Positions 16,660 to 27,185 of a stretch of DNA of 64,000 nucleotides are shown piece by piece (positions within the stretch are counted from its first letter, which is position 1; every line of letters starts with the position of its first letter). The position numbers and the translations under genes are program-made. The notes beneath the pieces are model-generated. The model saw only the letters and a program-made list of their open reading frames with translations, had not been told where the DNA came from and searched no databases. This DNA is from an uncultured Nitrososphaerota archaeon (GTDB taxonomy: Archaea > Thermoproteota > Nitrososphaeria > Nitrososphaerales > Gagatemarchaeaceae). The DNA lies in contig CAVRAG010000008.1 in the NCBI GenBank assembly GCA_963718895.1, positions 768,001 through 832,000 on the forward strand, given 5' to 3'.

Positions 16660-18582
16660 TCAGGCGGGGAGGTTCCTCAACAGGTCGACGTACCTGGGGT
16701 CGCCTCGGACCCTGTCAAACCACCATGCGTATCGGATGTCCTGGGGCTGGAGCATCTTCGAATCCAGCGCTATCCCGACCCACTTGAAGAAGCCGTCCGC
16801 GTCCCCGAGTACCGCCCAGAAGGGAGCCCGCAGCGCGGGAATCGACTTTTGAGAAGTTGCAGTCCTCTCGGCCTCCCCGAGGTACCCTAGTGCCTCCTCC
16901 CGGTGTCCGAACCAGGCGGCCACATACGCGAGACTGCTGCACCTCTCGAAGTCGGGCGCGCTTGCGACTGCCTGCGTGATGTCCCTCTTTGCCTCGTCCT
17001 CCATCCCTTTGTAGCAGTACACGTTACCTCGGAAGCTCAGGGTCGGGTGGAAGCTAGGGTCCAGCTTGAGGATGTCGTTGAAGACCTCCAGCGCCTTGTC
17101 AAACTGCCTTGCGTAGACGTACATCACTCCGAGGATGTTCCGCGAAGGAGGCGCGAGTGGGTCTGAGAGGGAGGCGAGCTTCGCCTCTTCTATCGCCTCG
17201 TCGAGCCGCCCCATGTCTGACAGGCAGATGGAGTACCAGTGGTGGGCAGACGCGTAGCTCTGGTTCAGCGAGAGCGCCCTCTTGAACTCGGCCTCGGCCT
17301 CCGCGAGCCGGAAATCGTTTCTCAGCAGCAATCCTCTGGACGCGTGAGCCTCGGCTACCTCGTCGTCCAGCTCGAGGGCCTTCTTGATCGCCGCCTCCGC
17401 CTGGGCCTCGGCTTCGTCGTGGTCGAAGACGTCAATCCCCCTGCCTATGAGGTAACAGTCGGCCATCCCAGAATAGGCCTTGGCGAAACCCTGGTCCTTT
17501 CCGGCGGCGGCGCGGAACAGCTTCAGCGCCTGGGTTATCCCTTCGGCGTTCCTGCGGTTCCAGTAGTTCCTCCCCTTGAGATACAGCTCGTAGGCTTCGA
17601 TGTCGACCGCCCTGTGCACCGGGACCTCATGGACGAGCAGCCTACCCTTCAGGGCCTGGGCGACCTTGTTGGCGATGTCGGTCTGAATCGAGAAGATGTC
17701 CTGCATGTCGCCGTCGTAGTTCGAGGCCCACATGTGCTCCTCGGTCTTCGCGTCGATGAGCTGGACGGTGACCCGTATGCGCTCCCCGACCTTCCGGAAG
17801 CTCCCCTCCAGGATCGATCCAGCCCTCAGCATCCTTCCGATCTCCGCGATGTCCATCTCGGTGTTCTTGAAGCGCATCACCGAGGTCCTCGCGATGACCC
17901 TGAGCCCTTGGACCCCAGAGATCGCGGTTATCAGCTCCTCCGTCATCCCTTCGGCGAGGTACTCGTCCTGCAGGCTGGGGCTGAAGTTTGAGAGAGGGAG
18001 AACCGCGACCCTCTCCTTGGGCATGTCTTGGTCTGACGCCGTCTTCCGGGGCGACTCCGAGTCGATCACCTTGTAGATCTCTATTCGCATGCTCACGTTC
18101 TTGAGCTGCTGGACTGGCAGCCTCTCCAGCTTGAACTCGATCTTGTTGCTAACCTGGTCGAAGACCTGCTGGGAGATGCAGACACCTCCCGGGTCGGCGA
18201 TCGGTTCCAGGCGCGAGGCGATGTTGACGGCGTCCCCGAAGACGTCGTTGTCCTTGTGGACCACATCCCCGACGTGTATCCCAATGCGCATCTTGAAACC
18301 TAGCTCGGGCGGGACGGATCCAGCGTACTCCCTTACCTGTCTCTGTATCTCCACCGCACACCTGACCGCCTCCAGCGCACTCTCAAATTCGGCGAGGTGG
18401 GCGTCGCCTATGGTCTTCACGGGCTTCCCACCGTGTTTCCTGATGAGCGGAAGGAGGATCCCGTTCTGCTTCTCGAGGAGGGTCATCGCGAGCGCCTCGT
18501 CTCTCTGCGTCGTCGCGGTGTAACCGACCATGTCGGTGAACATGACTGCGGCGAGACGCCTTACCTCGATGCTGCTGCTCAA
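16660..18582 (-). CDS. Class III adenylate cyclase + TolB-like + TPR protein
   Basis: FTDMVG, VKTIGD, GIHVGD, FGDAVNIASR; EYLAEGMTEELI; TPR repeats. Confidence 0.93.
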   Translation of the reverse strand: MSSSIEVRRLAAVMFTDMVGYTATTQRDEALAMTLLEKQNGILLPLIRKHGGKPVKTIGDAHLAEFESALEAVRCAVEIQRQVREYAGSVPPELGFKMRIGIHVGDVVHKDNDVFGDAVNIASRLEPIADPGGVCISQQVFDQVSNKIEFKLERLPVQQLKNVSMRIEIYKVIDSESPRKTASDQDMPKERVAVLPLSNFSPSLQDEYLAEGMTEELITAISGVQGLRVIARTSVMRFKNTEMDIAEIGRMLRAGSILEGSFRKVGERIRVTVQLIDAKTEEHMWASNYDGDMQDIFSIQTDIANKVAQALKGRLLVHEVPVHRAVDIEAYELYLKGRNYWNRRNAEGITQALKLFRAAAGKDQGFAKAYSGMADCYLIGRGIDVFDHDEAEAQAEAAIKKALELDDEVAEAHASRGLLLRNDFRLAEAEAEFKRALSLNQSYASAHHWYSICLSDMGRLDEAIEEAKLASLSDPLAPPSRNILGVMYVYARQFDKALEVFNDILKLDPSFHPTLSFRGNVYCYKGMEDEAKRDITQAVASAPDFERCSSLAYVAAWFGHREEALGYLGEAERTATSQKSIPALRAPFWAVLGDADGFFKWVGIALDSKMLQPQDIRYAWWFDRVRGDPRYVDLLRNLPA

Positions 18583-18720
18583 GAAGCTGGGTCCTCGCCC
18601 GCTCCCTTTGTAAAATACTTAGCGGCGGTACCTCGCATAGAGTACCCCGGAACTGATCTGAAGGGGGACGACAGCAATCGCTTTGTAGCCGGCCTTGAGG
18701 CCCAGCGTCGGGATCCGACG

Positions 18721-19321
18721 ATGCCGGCGCCATTTCTGGACGAGCTGCTGAAGGCGACGATAGCCCTCTTGATAGTCGTCGACCCTGCCGGACTCGTGCC
18801 GGTCGTCCTGGCACTGACCAAGGGGATGGAGAGGGAAGAGCGGAGAGGGACGTTCAGAGTCGCGCTCGATCGTCGGAATCGTCCTACTCGTCATCTTCGC
18901 CGTGGCGGGCCAGGAGCTCCTGAGCCTGTTCGGCATCACGGTCTATAGCTTCATGATAGCGGGCGGCATTCTTCTCCTCATTATCGCCATGCAGATGATC
19001 TTTCGGGGAGGATTTGTCGGTTCGTCGGCCTCGACAGATGAGGTAGGCGTCGTGCCGATCGCCTTCCCGCTGTTGGTGGGGCCCGGGGCGATAACCACGA
19101 CCATAGTCTCTCTGCAAACCTACGGAATCCTGGTCACGCTTCTCTCCATCTTGATAGTGATGTCAGTGGTCTGGCTCGTGCTCAGGTACTTGGACAGGAT
19201 CGATTCCTTTCTGGGAAAGAGAGGGACCACGGTCCTCTCGACGCTCATGGCGGTGTTCATTGCCGCAATCGCCGTGCAGTTCATCTTGACTGGAATTCAG
19301 TTCTACTATCCCGCCAGCTAG
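18721..19321 (+). pseudogene. MarC family membrane protein, +1 frameshift near 18867 (possibly an assembly error)
   Basis: IVVDPAG N-half and VPIAFPLLVGPGAI C-half in different frames; span is 3n+1. Confidence 0.85.
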
Positions 19322-19464
19322 TAGAGCCAGAGAGGCACCGGCGCTGATGCTCAGGACTCGACGGCGTCAAATCCTCGCCCAGACTTCGGGAACGTTGTAG
19401 AGGGCCAATCCGCCGTGCGCGTGGCCCTCATGGGGCATCGTGACCTGATAAGAAAAAACAGAGC

Positions 19465-19980
19465 CTACTGCCACTTGGGCATGTAGGCGAAGAGAGTCTC
19501 GCTGGTCCAGACGCCGTCTACGTCGTCGATCTTCGAGACCTGGGAGAGAACATCTTCTTGGTTCTTTCCGTAGACTGTCGCGAGGATGTCGATTTCACCG
19601 GGGACGACATAGGCATTGCGGACTTGTGGGTATTGCTCGATGGATTGCAGCACCTTCAGCGCCTGCGTCTGCTCGTTGACGCGGAGCAGGACTAGTGCGA
19701 GTGAGTCGGTGGGCTGAATGTTCTTGCCGTTTGCAAAGCCCTCGAACGGGGTGTAGGTTCTTGTCGAAGTGACTCCAGTTATGGAGCGTACCTGCTTGAC
19801 CACTTCATAGACCTGCTTCGGGTCGGCTGCCTTCAGCTCGATGGCGAAGTCGAATCTACCGGCGAGTGGTGAAGAATAGGTGATTCCTTGGATCTTCCTC
19901 AGCTGCTCAGCCACTTGGTTGCGCATCTTCGGGTGGATTGTTGCGATGATGGTCGTTGGATTCATGGTTGAAGTTATCAT
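19465..19980 (-). CDS. Tandem Lrp/AsnC ligand-binding (RAM) domain protein without HTH
   Basis: Two repeats: AGRFDF...ITGVTSTRT and PGEIDIL...VDGVWTSETL. Confidence 0.8.
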   Translation of the reverse strand: MITSTMNPTTIIATIHPKMRNQVAEQLRKIQGITYSSPLAGRFDFAIELKAADPKQVYEVVKQVRSITGVTSTRTYTPFEGFANGKNIQPTDSLALVLLRVNEQTQALKVLQSIEQYPQVRNAYVVPGEIDILATVYGKNQEDVLSQVSKIDDVDGVWTSETLFAYMPKWQ

Positions 19981-20092
19981 TTTGTTCAAATATGTAATAA
20001 GTGTCACACTATATAGGCTTATTGGTATGACACGAAATATTCATTACAGCGAGCTCGATGGACCGGGAGGCTGTCCTGGTGGTACCAGAGCC

Positions 20093-20452
20093 TCAAACTC
20101 TGCGATAGTCATCCTCGAGTCTCACGATGTCACCCTCGCTGAAGACGCCCAGCACAATCTCTAAGACCTTCGTGCCGAGCGGCCCCGCGCCAAGGCGATG
20201 CTTGACCCCGACCGGGACTTCGACCTCCTGGGTGGGAAGCAAGATTCGCTTCTTGCCGTTGATCTCTACGTGCGCCTCGCCTTCGAGGCAGATCCACCTC
20301 TCGCTGCGTCTCGAGTGATACTGCAGGCTCAGGCGCTTGCCGGGGTCGACCGCTATCGTCTTCACCGTGACACCGTTGGCGTTGACGATGAAGGTTGTGA
20401 AGCGGCCCCATGGCCTCTTGGTCACGACCCCCCGCTTCAAAGCGCGAGCCAT
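20093..20452 (-). CDS. Cupin, mannose-6-phosphate isomerase type II C-terminal domain
   Basis: RPWG, LSLQYHSRRSERW, KHRL, EGDIVRLEDDY.R. Confidence 0.88.
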   Translation of the reverse strand: MARALKRGVVTKRPWGRFTTFIVNANGVTVKTIAVDPGKRLSLQYHSRRSERWICLEGEAHVEINGKKRILLPTQEVEVPVGVKHRLGAGPLGTKVLEIVLGVFSEGDIVRLEDDYRRV

Positions 20453-20539
20453 CCTTCGACCAACGGGGATGCTCTTCTTATCTGTCTTGCCCCCTGCTGT
20501 TGCACGGAACTGGCTCTGTCATCGGACCTACCTGCCACC

Positions 20540-20699
20540 ATCTCCAGGGGCCCACACCGACGTGCCGAGCTCCAAGCCCCGCGAGGGCGGTCTGAGACAG
20601 GTTCACCTCCTCCACTTCGGTGGAGACAAGCTCGTCGAGTACTGGGACATCGCGCAGCAAATCGAGGAGAACTCGCCCAACGCCGACGGGGCGTTCTAG
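20540..20699 (+). pseudogene. C-terminal remnant of a SnoaL-like protein
   Basis: QVHLLHFGGDKLVEYWDIAQQIEENSPNADGAF with no N-terminal part. Confidence 0.55.
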
Positions 20700-20990
20700 G
20701 GGAAATCAAAGTCGCCTTCGGAGGATACCCGGGGAGAGGAGAGGCGCGCGGATGTCTCCGGGCGCCACATCGGAGCCGGCTCTTCTGGGCGACTCGCGGG
20801 AACCGCGTTCCTTTCATCCCCGGGGCGTCACTCTCTTTCCCATCCTCTCGGGAATGGCGGGCGCCTCAGAGACGTTCTGGACGGAGCACGGTATCTGAAG
20901 ATTCATCCGAAGGGCGCCTACGAAGAGAGAGGCCGTAAGGGTCTTCACAACGGGATTTAACCGAAGGTCCGCCTTCTCTCCGGTGAAAAC

Positions 20991-21353
20991 ATGAGTTCCA
21001 GCGAGGAAGATGAGAGGAGGGAGTCCGTGAGGCGGGAGCCGAACCTTGGGACCGGAGGGGGCACGACCCAAGTTCTGGTCCGCGATTCCAGTGACGGCTC
21101 TTTCCGTCAGGTCATCGCAGAACCCGCGCCATCCGTTGAGAGGGAATCTGTGGTGAAGCACAAGACCACGAACACAAGCGCGCTGGTCGGGATGGCCGTC
21201 GGTATCGTCGTCCTGGCCCTCGGGCTATTCCTGGTCATACGGGACACACCCTTCCTACCATATCCCCTCTCGATATTTGCCGTGCTCATCGTGGGCGTGG
21301 GCCTCATAGGCATCGGTGCCAGCCTGGTGAGCAGCCGGAGCGAGATGAAGTAG
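20991..21353 (+). CDS. Small two-TM membrane protein
   Basis: TTTAA box about 30 nt upstream; charged N-terminus then 2 TM. Confidence 0.65.
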   Translation: MSSSEEDERRESVRREPNLGTGGGTTQVLVRDSSDGSFRQVIAEPAPSVERESVVKHKTTNTSALVGMAVGIVVLALGLFLVIRDTPFLPYPLSIFAVLIVGVGLIGIGASLVSSRSEMK

Positions 21354-22049
21354 TTCAGCGCCGAGAATGGCGCGCTTTCGCCCGGCATCCCAGTGAGTAG
21401 GGCCTCCGCTCCCGCAAGGCGATTTCCGGGAAGGATGCCCTGTCACGGAGAGTGCGGATGCGACGTCGATGAAGTGCACGGATGCCAGCGAGACCTCGGC
21501 GAGGAGACAGGTTGAACGTAGGCATCCTGACTCCCTGCGACGCTGGTCGCCAGCCTGGCCTAGAAGTTCCAAGGGTATGTTGGGCCGACCTCCGACGCGA
21601 GTTGATTGGCCCTGAGGGTGAGGGTATTCGGCACATCTCCATCGGTCAGTGCGACTCCGACGATGCTGCTGCCGATGCCCGCCTCGACCCCTCTATGCCC
21701 CCCTTTGATGGGGCCTGGAGCGGTCACGCCCTCGCGACTAGCACGCGACGAACGGAGGTTTCTTCTTTTTAGGGACCATGGCATGCAGAAGGAGAGCCTC
21801 TCGATTTAAGCTTGGCCAATCCGGGACTAGCCCGCGCCGACACGGCGCAACTCGGTGGGTCGGGCGACCGCGAATCGCCGCTGCAGCTAGCCGTTAGATG
21901 ACCAGAGACTCTAATCTGGCTTGTGAGAATCAACGGGCGCGATGGATGACAGCAAGGGCGCGAGAACGTGGAAATCGTAGAAGCTTGGAATGCTAAGACA
22001 GCTCGGCGACCTTCTGCGAACATTAGGATTGTGCGATGTCTAGGCACCG

Positions 22050-22435
22050 TCAGACGCGCCCCGGGAAATGTTGCTTGACATTCAGTCCCCAGCTCTTGGA
22101 TGTCACAGGGGTGATCCGCAGACTGAGGTCCTTTCCAGACTCACCCGCCACCTCAACTATCTCAGCCACCCCATCTATCTTCACGCCTCTCTGGCCTCCA
22201 GGGCCTCGTCGAAGCCAGATCGTCGATGACGAAGGAGACCCCAGTGTTGCCGTTCTTGACGTTCCAGAACTTTCGGGTCTTCTTCATGATGCTGCTCCCA
22301 ATGTAGAAGTGCTCGCCATCGAACTCGAACCCTACCGGCGCGACGTCTGGCTTTCCGTCCTTCGAGACCGTGGCTATCCTGCCCAGCGGCTGGCTGCACG
22401 TATTCAATCTCCCTCTCTCTGAGAACGCGGTCCGT
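22050..22435 (-). pseudogene. PPOX-class F420-dependent oxidoreductase, frameshifted
   Basis: QPLGRIATVSKDGKPDVAPVGF...VIDDLASTRPWRP, then GVKI..RITPVTSKSWG in another frame; no clear start. Confidence 0.75.
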
Positions 22436-22517
22436 TGTCGAATCGGTCTGGTCAGCAATCGTATTGTTGACTGGGCGGCGGAAAACCCGGTCACAGAGGC
22501 CCGTCGATCCGGGGAGC

Positions 22518-24548
22518 TTAGGGCCCCACGTCCGCCTCGACCACGACTTCGCTCGAGTTTATGCTGACCCCGACGTAGGGTATCGGTATCTGGAGGTTGA
22601 TGGTGGGAGGACCGGGCGTCACCGTGACCCTCGGATTAGAGGGCGAGACGACCTGGGTGCCGAGCGGGTTCGGTTGTGAGACCACGTAGGGGTCCCGGAG
22701 GCTGAAGAGCGGTGATGAGCCGGCGAAGTAGTTCAGGAGCGCGTTGTCTAGCAGGTTGGTCAGCCCCAGGAAGTTCTCATTCGTTATCCAGTCGACGATC
22801 GTCTCCGCCAGAGAACTGGCGTCGCTTAGGATCGCCGCGACCGCGCCGCCAATCGCCTCCAGTGCCGTCGTCAGGATGTCCTTGATGATGTCCTGCAACG
22901 GTCCGGGGAACGGGTCGAGTATGTCCGCGAACGCGTTGGCGATGCCGTCCTCTATCGCCTTCTGGAGCTTCGGGCCGAACTCAATCGGGAGGACGAATAT
23001 CGGGAGCTGCGGGACGACATAGAACTCCCACCTGTTCGGGTCGTTCGAGACCGCGGTGTTGCCGACGGCGTAGTACGTCATCGGTTCAAGAACCATGCTG
23101 ACCTGGCTCTCGAGGCCCCCGAGATCTATGGGGATGCTGATGTCCGGGTTGTGCCCGTTGCCCCCGAAGAGGCTGAATCCGGGGATGTTTATCGCCGGGA
23201 TGATGGTGACTCCGTCCACTACGAGCGCTGGGGTACTGAACCCGGGAATCGAGATCTTGGGCAGGTCGATGTTGATCCTGAAGTTGAGGCTGTCCCAGGA
23301 GACCGTCAGATCCTTGACGAGTATCGAGCCGTTCGGCTGCGCTGACGTCGGGTTCTGGAGGGTCACCGCACCGCCTGCCAGCGAAATTTCGACCTGGTAA
23401 TCCACATAGAGCGGCGGCCCACCATACGTGGACCACGGCTGGGCGGCCGGCGGCGGGGGACCGGGCGGGATCTCTATCTCGATGGATCCGGGAGCCAGCA
23501 CGGTGGCCATTATCTTGTTGATAATGTTCTGGGAGATCGCGACCGTGAAGTCGCTCGGTCCCGTTCCGGGGCGCGGTACTATCGACCGCGACGTGGCAGG
23601 CCCGTACCCTGGACCGCCCGAGCCACCCCCGCCAGGAGGACCGAGGACCTCGCCATTCAGGTCGATGGTAGCGTCCATGAAGAGCTTGACCTGGTCGTCC
23701 TCTATCGAAGGGTTAATGGGCACCGTCGTCGAAGGAGAGATAGCGAGAGTGAACGTCGCCGGCTGGTAGTCGAGGAGGCTCTCAAGGTTGAAGGTCTCAG
23801 CTAGCAACGCGTTTATTGAGTTGCTCACGGAGTAGAGAACGCCGTTCGTGAAGTACATCAGGTAACAGTCGATGAGCTGCCTGAGTCCGTCGGGCTTGAA
23901 CCCCGCGATGTCCAGCCCGTCGAGGCTCATGTTCAGGAATCGCACTGTGTTTGTGTTCTTCAGCACGCCTTCGGCGTACAGGTCGAGGGAGAAGCAGTCG
24001 AGATCGCTTCGGGGAAGTGGGCGCCCCCTCTTCTCTTCAATCGGGCCGAGCGGGCGGCCCTGGATCGGGCGACCCACTGTCAGGGGAGCGGATGGACAGG
24101 AAGCTCCCGCGAACGTCTGGGCGTGGATTGCGAAGTGCTCGACGGGAAGCGGGGTGGTGACCGTGGATGGGAGGGCGATCACGTTTCCCGGATAGAAGTC
24201 GACCTGCACCTTCGAGAGCTGGACGATGAAGTCAGGTGACGGTATGGGGATGTTGAGATTGAACGGGACAGGGGTGCCGATAGGCGGGCTCTCGCTCGGG
24301 AACGGGTTGAGCGTCGTACCGAGGAGGAGCGGTGGTATCCCCGAGATGTCGACGGGGGAGATGAGCGGGTCCTCCGGGTCGACCGGAGAGGCCTCGATGG
24401 CATTGCAGGCAAGCTGGGGGTATCTGGCGATGAATGTCGAGCCGAAATTGAAGAATGAGGGCACTTCCAACATCAGACGGGCGACAAGGTCGTTGATTCC
24501 GTTTTCGTGTACGGCTATGTACACATCGCAGTTTGTCGTGTAGGCCAT
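22518..24548 (-). CDS. Two-domain Pro/beta-rich hypothetical protein without signal peptide
   Basis: 676-aa ORF, AT-rich promoter upstream, GGGGSGG linker splitting two halves. Confidence 0.85.
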   Translation of the reverse strand: MAYTTNCDVYIAVHENGINDLVARLMLEVPSFFNFGSTFIARYPQLACNAIEASPVDPEDPLISPVDISGIPPLLLGTTLNPFPSESPPIGTPVPFNLNIPIPSPDFIVQLSKVQVDFYPGNVIALPSTVTTPLPVEHFAIHAQTFAGASCPSAPLTVGRPIQGRPLGPIEEKRGRPLPRSDLDCFSLDLYAEGVLKNTNTVRFLNMSLDGLDIAGFKPDGLRQLIDCYLMYFTNGVLYSVSNSINALLAETFNLESLLDYQPATFTLAISPSTTVPINPSIEDDQVKLFMDATIDLNGEVLGPPGGGGSGGPGYGPATSRSIVPRPGTGPSDFTVAISQNIINKIMATVLAPGSIEIEIPPGPPPPAAQPWSTYGGPPLYVDYQVEISLAGGAVTLQNPTSAQPNGSILVKDLTVSWDSLNFRINIDLPKISIPGFSTPALVVDGVTIIPAINIPGFSLFGGNGHNPDISIPIDLGGLESQVSMVLEPMTYYAVGNTAVSNDPNRWEFYVVPQLPIFVLPIEFGPKLQKAIEDGIANAFADILDPFPGPLQDIIKDILTTALEAIGGAVAAILSDASSLAETIVDWITNENFLGLTNLLDNALLNYFAGSSPLFSLRDPYVVSQPNPLGTQVVSPSNPRVTVTPGPPTINLQIPIPYVGVSINSSEVVVEADVGP

Positions 24549-24833
24549 TAGACAACATATGTAATAACAAATAAATATTTATGCGTTTGCGAATGGCCAT
24601 CAGATATCTCACACATCCCCCGACATTCGGTACATCCGTGTCGGGCAGAAGACAATTGCATCACACACTCACCGCATAGCTTTAGGATGGCTTTGCGTCG
24701 CTGAGGTCGGCGTGCCTGGGATATCTAGATTCGAGAGAGGACGGCTCTTCCAACTCGAAGATTCCACTCACCGCCGTGCGCCGTGGCGCAGGCAGGACCT
24801 AGAGCGAGCTTGCCGAGGACGTTGAGACGCTGA

Positions 24834-25622
24834 GTGAAGACACTGCCCCGGGAACATGGACTGATCGTCTCGTGGGTCCTCACGATCGTCGCGGCTGCAT
24901 TGCTGTCAAAGGAGTTTCATGCCTATGGAATCGGCTTGGTGGTCTTCCTCTTGCCGACGCTTCTGGTCTATGATAGACTCATCGTGGGTCTGAGGTTGTG
25001 GTCGATTGGCAAGATGGGTTTGGCCCAGATGTTGACCGAAAAGGTCGGGAGTCGGGCGTTGGCTCTTCTCCTTGTCGCGCTCGCCTACCTGGTCGCGGGT
25101 TTGTTGCTTCGCATGATGCCGTGGATTCCAGTGTTAGTCACAGTCTCAGTACTAGTGTCAGAAGGGGCTGCCTTCCGATACCTCAGGGAGAGGCACATAA
25201 TCACTAGGGCACTTTCGATCCTAACGGTAACTTCTCAGTTCCTCCTGATCAATTCAGCTCTCAGCGGGGGCGTCTCGACATTCGAGGTCATCGCCTTCGC
25301 TCTCATTTCTGTGGTGAACCTGCAACTGGTCGCGGATGTCGTCCAGCAGGTGGAGACGTTCAGGATGCCGCAAGGGGGGACCGAAAAGTGGCCATCCGGG
25401 GTGGACGCGCCTTTCCTCGTTGTCGGGGTTGCTGCTGCCACGGCCATCTCCGCCTTGGTCTCGGTCTACTACCTGTCCTTTGTCGTCCTGCTGTTAACGA
25501 TTCAGGTCGCATTCCGCTACCTGTTGCCAGGTAGGAGCATGAAGACAGTCGGGGCGGTCTCGTCCGCGGTCGAGGTGCTCGCGCTTCTTCTGCTGGTCGT
25601 GCGCTTCTACGCGAGCATGTGA
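24834..25622 (+). CDS. YwiC-like integral membrane protein
   Basis: N-terminal LPREHG motif; about 8 TM. Confidence 0.6.
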   Translation: MKTLPREHGLIVSWVLTIVAAALLSKEFHAYGIGLVVFLLPTLLVYDRLIVGLRLWSIGKMGLAQMLTEKVGSRALALLLVALAYLVAGLLLRMMPWIPVLVTVSVLVSEGAAFRYLRERHIITRALSILTVTSQFLLINSALSGGVSTFEVIAFALISVVNLQLVADVVQQVETFRMPQGGTEKWPSGVDAPFLVVGVAAATAISALVSVYYLSFVVLLLTIQVAFRYLLPGRSMKTVGAVSSAVEVLALLLLVVRFYASM

Positions 25623-25710
25623 GGCGCCGCAGAACGACTCCGAACTGGGGCGTCCAAGCAACTCTTCGGGAGCGAATATTTGTGACCGCATAATGGCAGG
25701 TTTGGACTAA

Positions 25711-26289
25711 TTGGAGCCACAGAGAGCGTCCTCAAACAACCTGGGTAGGAAGACCCTGAAAAGGACGACGGTCTATGCGATAGGTCATTCGACGATGACC
25801 ATAGAGAGATTCATTCGGATCCTCCACGCCCATTCCATCGAGTTGCTGGTCGACGTACGAACAATTCCCAAGTCCAGACACAACCCGCAGTTCGGTCAGA
25901 ACGAGCTCTCGAAATCCCTAGGTTCTGTCGGGGTCGAGTATCTCCACATGAAGGAACTTGGAGGGCTCCGTCATCCCGCGAAGGATTCCGAGAACACAGG
26001 CTGGAGGAACGAAAGCTTCCGTGGCTACGCCGACCACATGCAAACAAGGGAGTTTGCAGCTGCAATAGGTAAACTGGGTATCCTGGCCAAGGAGAAACGG
26101 TTGGCGATAATGTGCGCCGAAGGGAACCCGTTCAGATGCCACAGGTCGTTGGTCGCGGACGCGCTGGTCGTTCGCGGTGCTCGCGTGGTCCACATTGCGA
26201 GCGAGAAACCCGGCAGGACACACCTGATCACGCCGTTCGCTCAGGTCAGGGGGACGCGAATACTCTATCCCGAGGAGCGAAAGGACTGA
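25711..26289 (+). CDS. DUF488 family protein
   Basis: IGHST, LVDVR, ELGGLR, MCAEG..RCHRSL. Confidence 0.9.
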   Translation: MEPQRASSNNLGRKTLKRTTVYAIGHSTMTIERFIRILHAHSIELLVDVRTIPKSRHNPQFGQNELSKSLGSVGVEYLHMKELGGLRHPAKDSENTGWRNESFRGYADHMQTREFAAAIGKLGILAKEKRLAIMCAEGNPFRCHRSLVADALVVRGARVVHIASEKPGRTHLITPFAQVRGTRILYPEERKD

Positions 26290-26389
26290 CGAGTGGCGCA
26301 TCGTGCCGCAGTCTTGCCTGTCCGATCAAGTGGGCGTCCTATGAAGACCACCAACTTTAGAACCTTACACCGCGTCGCTCACAATCTGC

Positions 26390-26548
26390 TTGCCGAGGAC
26401 TCTAATCTGTGCCAGGTGCGGTGTGTCGTTCCAGTGTGAGGGCTCGAATGAGTGCTGGTGCGCCGCTGTACCGGTAGAAGGCAGGCTCCCGGTCGAGCTG
26501 AGGACGCAGAGCAAAGACTGCATTTGCGAGAACTGCCTCAAGGGATGA
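26390..26548 (+). CDS. Cysteine-rich CWC family microprotein (52 aa)
   Basis: Below the ORF-track cutoff: MPRTLICARCGVSFQCEGSNECWCAAVPVEGRLPVELRTQSKDCICENCLKG. Confidence 0.8.
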   Translation: MPRTLICARCGVSFQCEGSNECWCAAVPVEGRLPVELRTQSKDCICENCLKG

Positions 26549-26614
26549 ATCCAACCTCGGGGACCAATCTTCGCACCCGACTTTGGGCCGACAAACCCGG
26601 GGAGAATACTTATA

Positions 26615-26639
26615 TAGGTATACTATCGTAGGTAGTCTA
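26615..26639 (+). promoter_or_regulatory. Direct repeat TAGGTA(TA/GT)CTA overlapping the hsp20 TATA region
   Basis: Copies at 26615-26625 and 26629-26639, right after TTATATA; AAGGTGA RBS before ATG 26655. Confidence 0.4.
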
Positions 26640-26654
26640 CCCAAGGTGAATGAA

Positions 26655-27153
26655 ATGACAGAAAAGAACGGCAAGGAAAAGTCCCAGAGACAGGACAAAG
26701 ACGACTCTACAGCGCTGGCCATTCCGACCATAGGGTTGCCGGGAATCTTCGAGGGTTTCATGAAGCCCTTCGACGAGTTCATGGCGCCACTATTTTCGAG
26801 TTCGGCCGGTTCGATCTGGACCGAGCTCAGCGGCAAGGAACCTAGGCATGGACTTCCAAGACCGCGGAGACAGCTTCGTGCTGACGGCCGAGCTTCCAGG
26901 CTTCGACAAGAAAGATGTCGAGGTCCGCATCAGCTCCAACGCCCTCGAAGTGAAAGCGGAGAAGAGCTCAGAGAAGAAGAGCAAGGACGGCACACAAAGC
27001 TCTTACTCGTCCTTCCACAGATACTTCAGTCTCCCAGAGCAGGTCGTCTCGGAGAAGGTCAACGGGACCATGAAGAACGGCATCCTCGAGCTGAAGCTCC
27101 CCAAGAGCGAGCCGAAGCCCAGGGACGCCTCAAGAAGGGTGCACCTTAACTAG
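26655..27153 (+). CDS. Small heat shock protein Hsp20, +1 frameshift near 26845 (probable assembly error)
   Basis: N-terminal FDEFMAPLF arm and alpha-crystallin domain (AELPGFDKKDV...NGILELKLPK...VHLN) in adjacent frames. Confidence 0.88.
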
Positions 27154-27168
27154 GTGCCCCCGTTTTTT
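27137..27168 (+). terminator. Hairpin plus T-tract after hsp20
   Basis: GCACCT-taact-AGGTGC followed by TTTTTT. Confidence 0.55.
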
Positions 27169-27185
27169 GCTTAAGGTGAGCGCCA

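Noticed and set aside
26830-26860. Programmed ribosomal frameshift in hsp20 (and in marC, hydrolase, RDD)
   Set aside because: No slippery heptamer or consistent stimulator; single-base assembly errors are more parsimonious.
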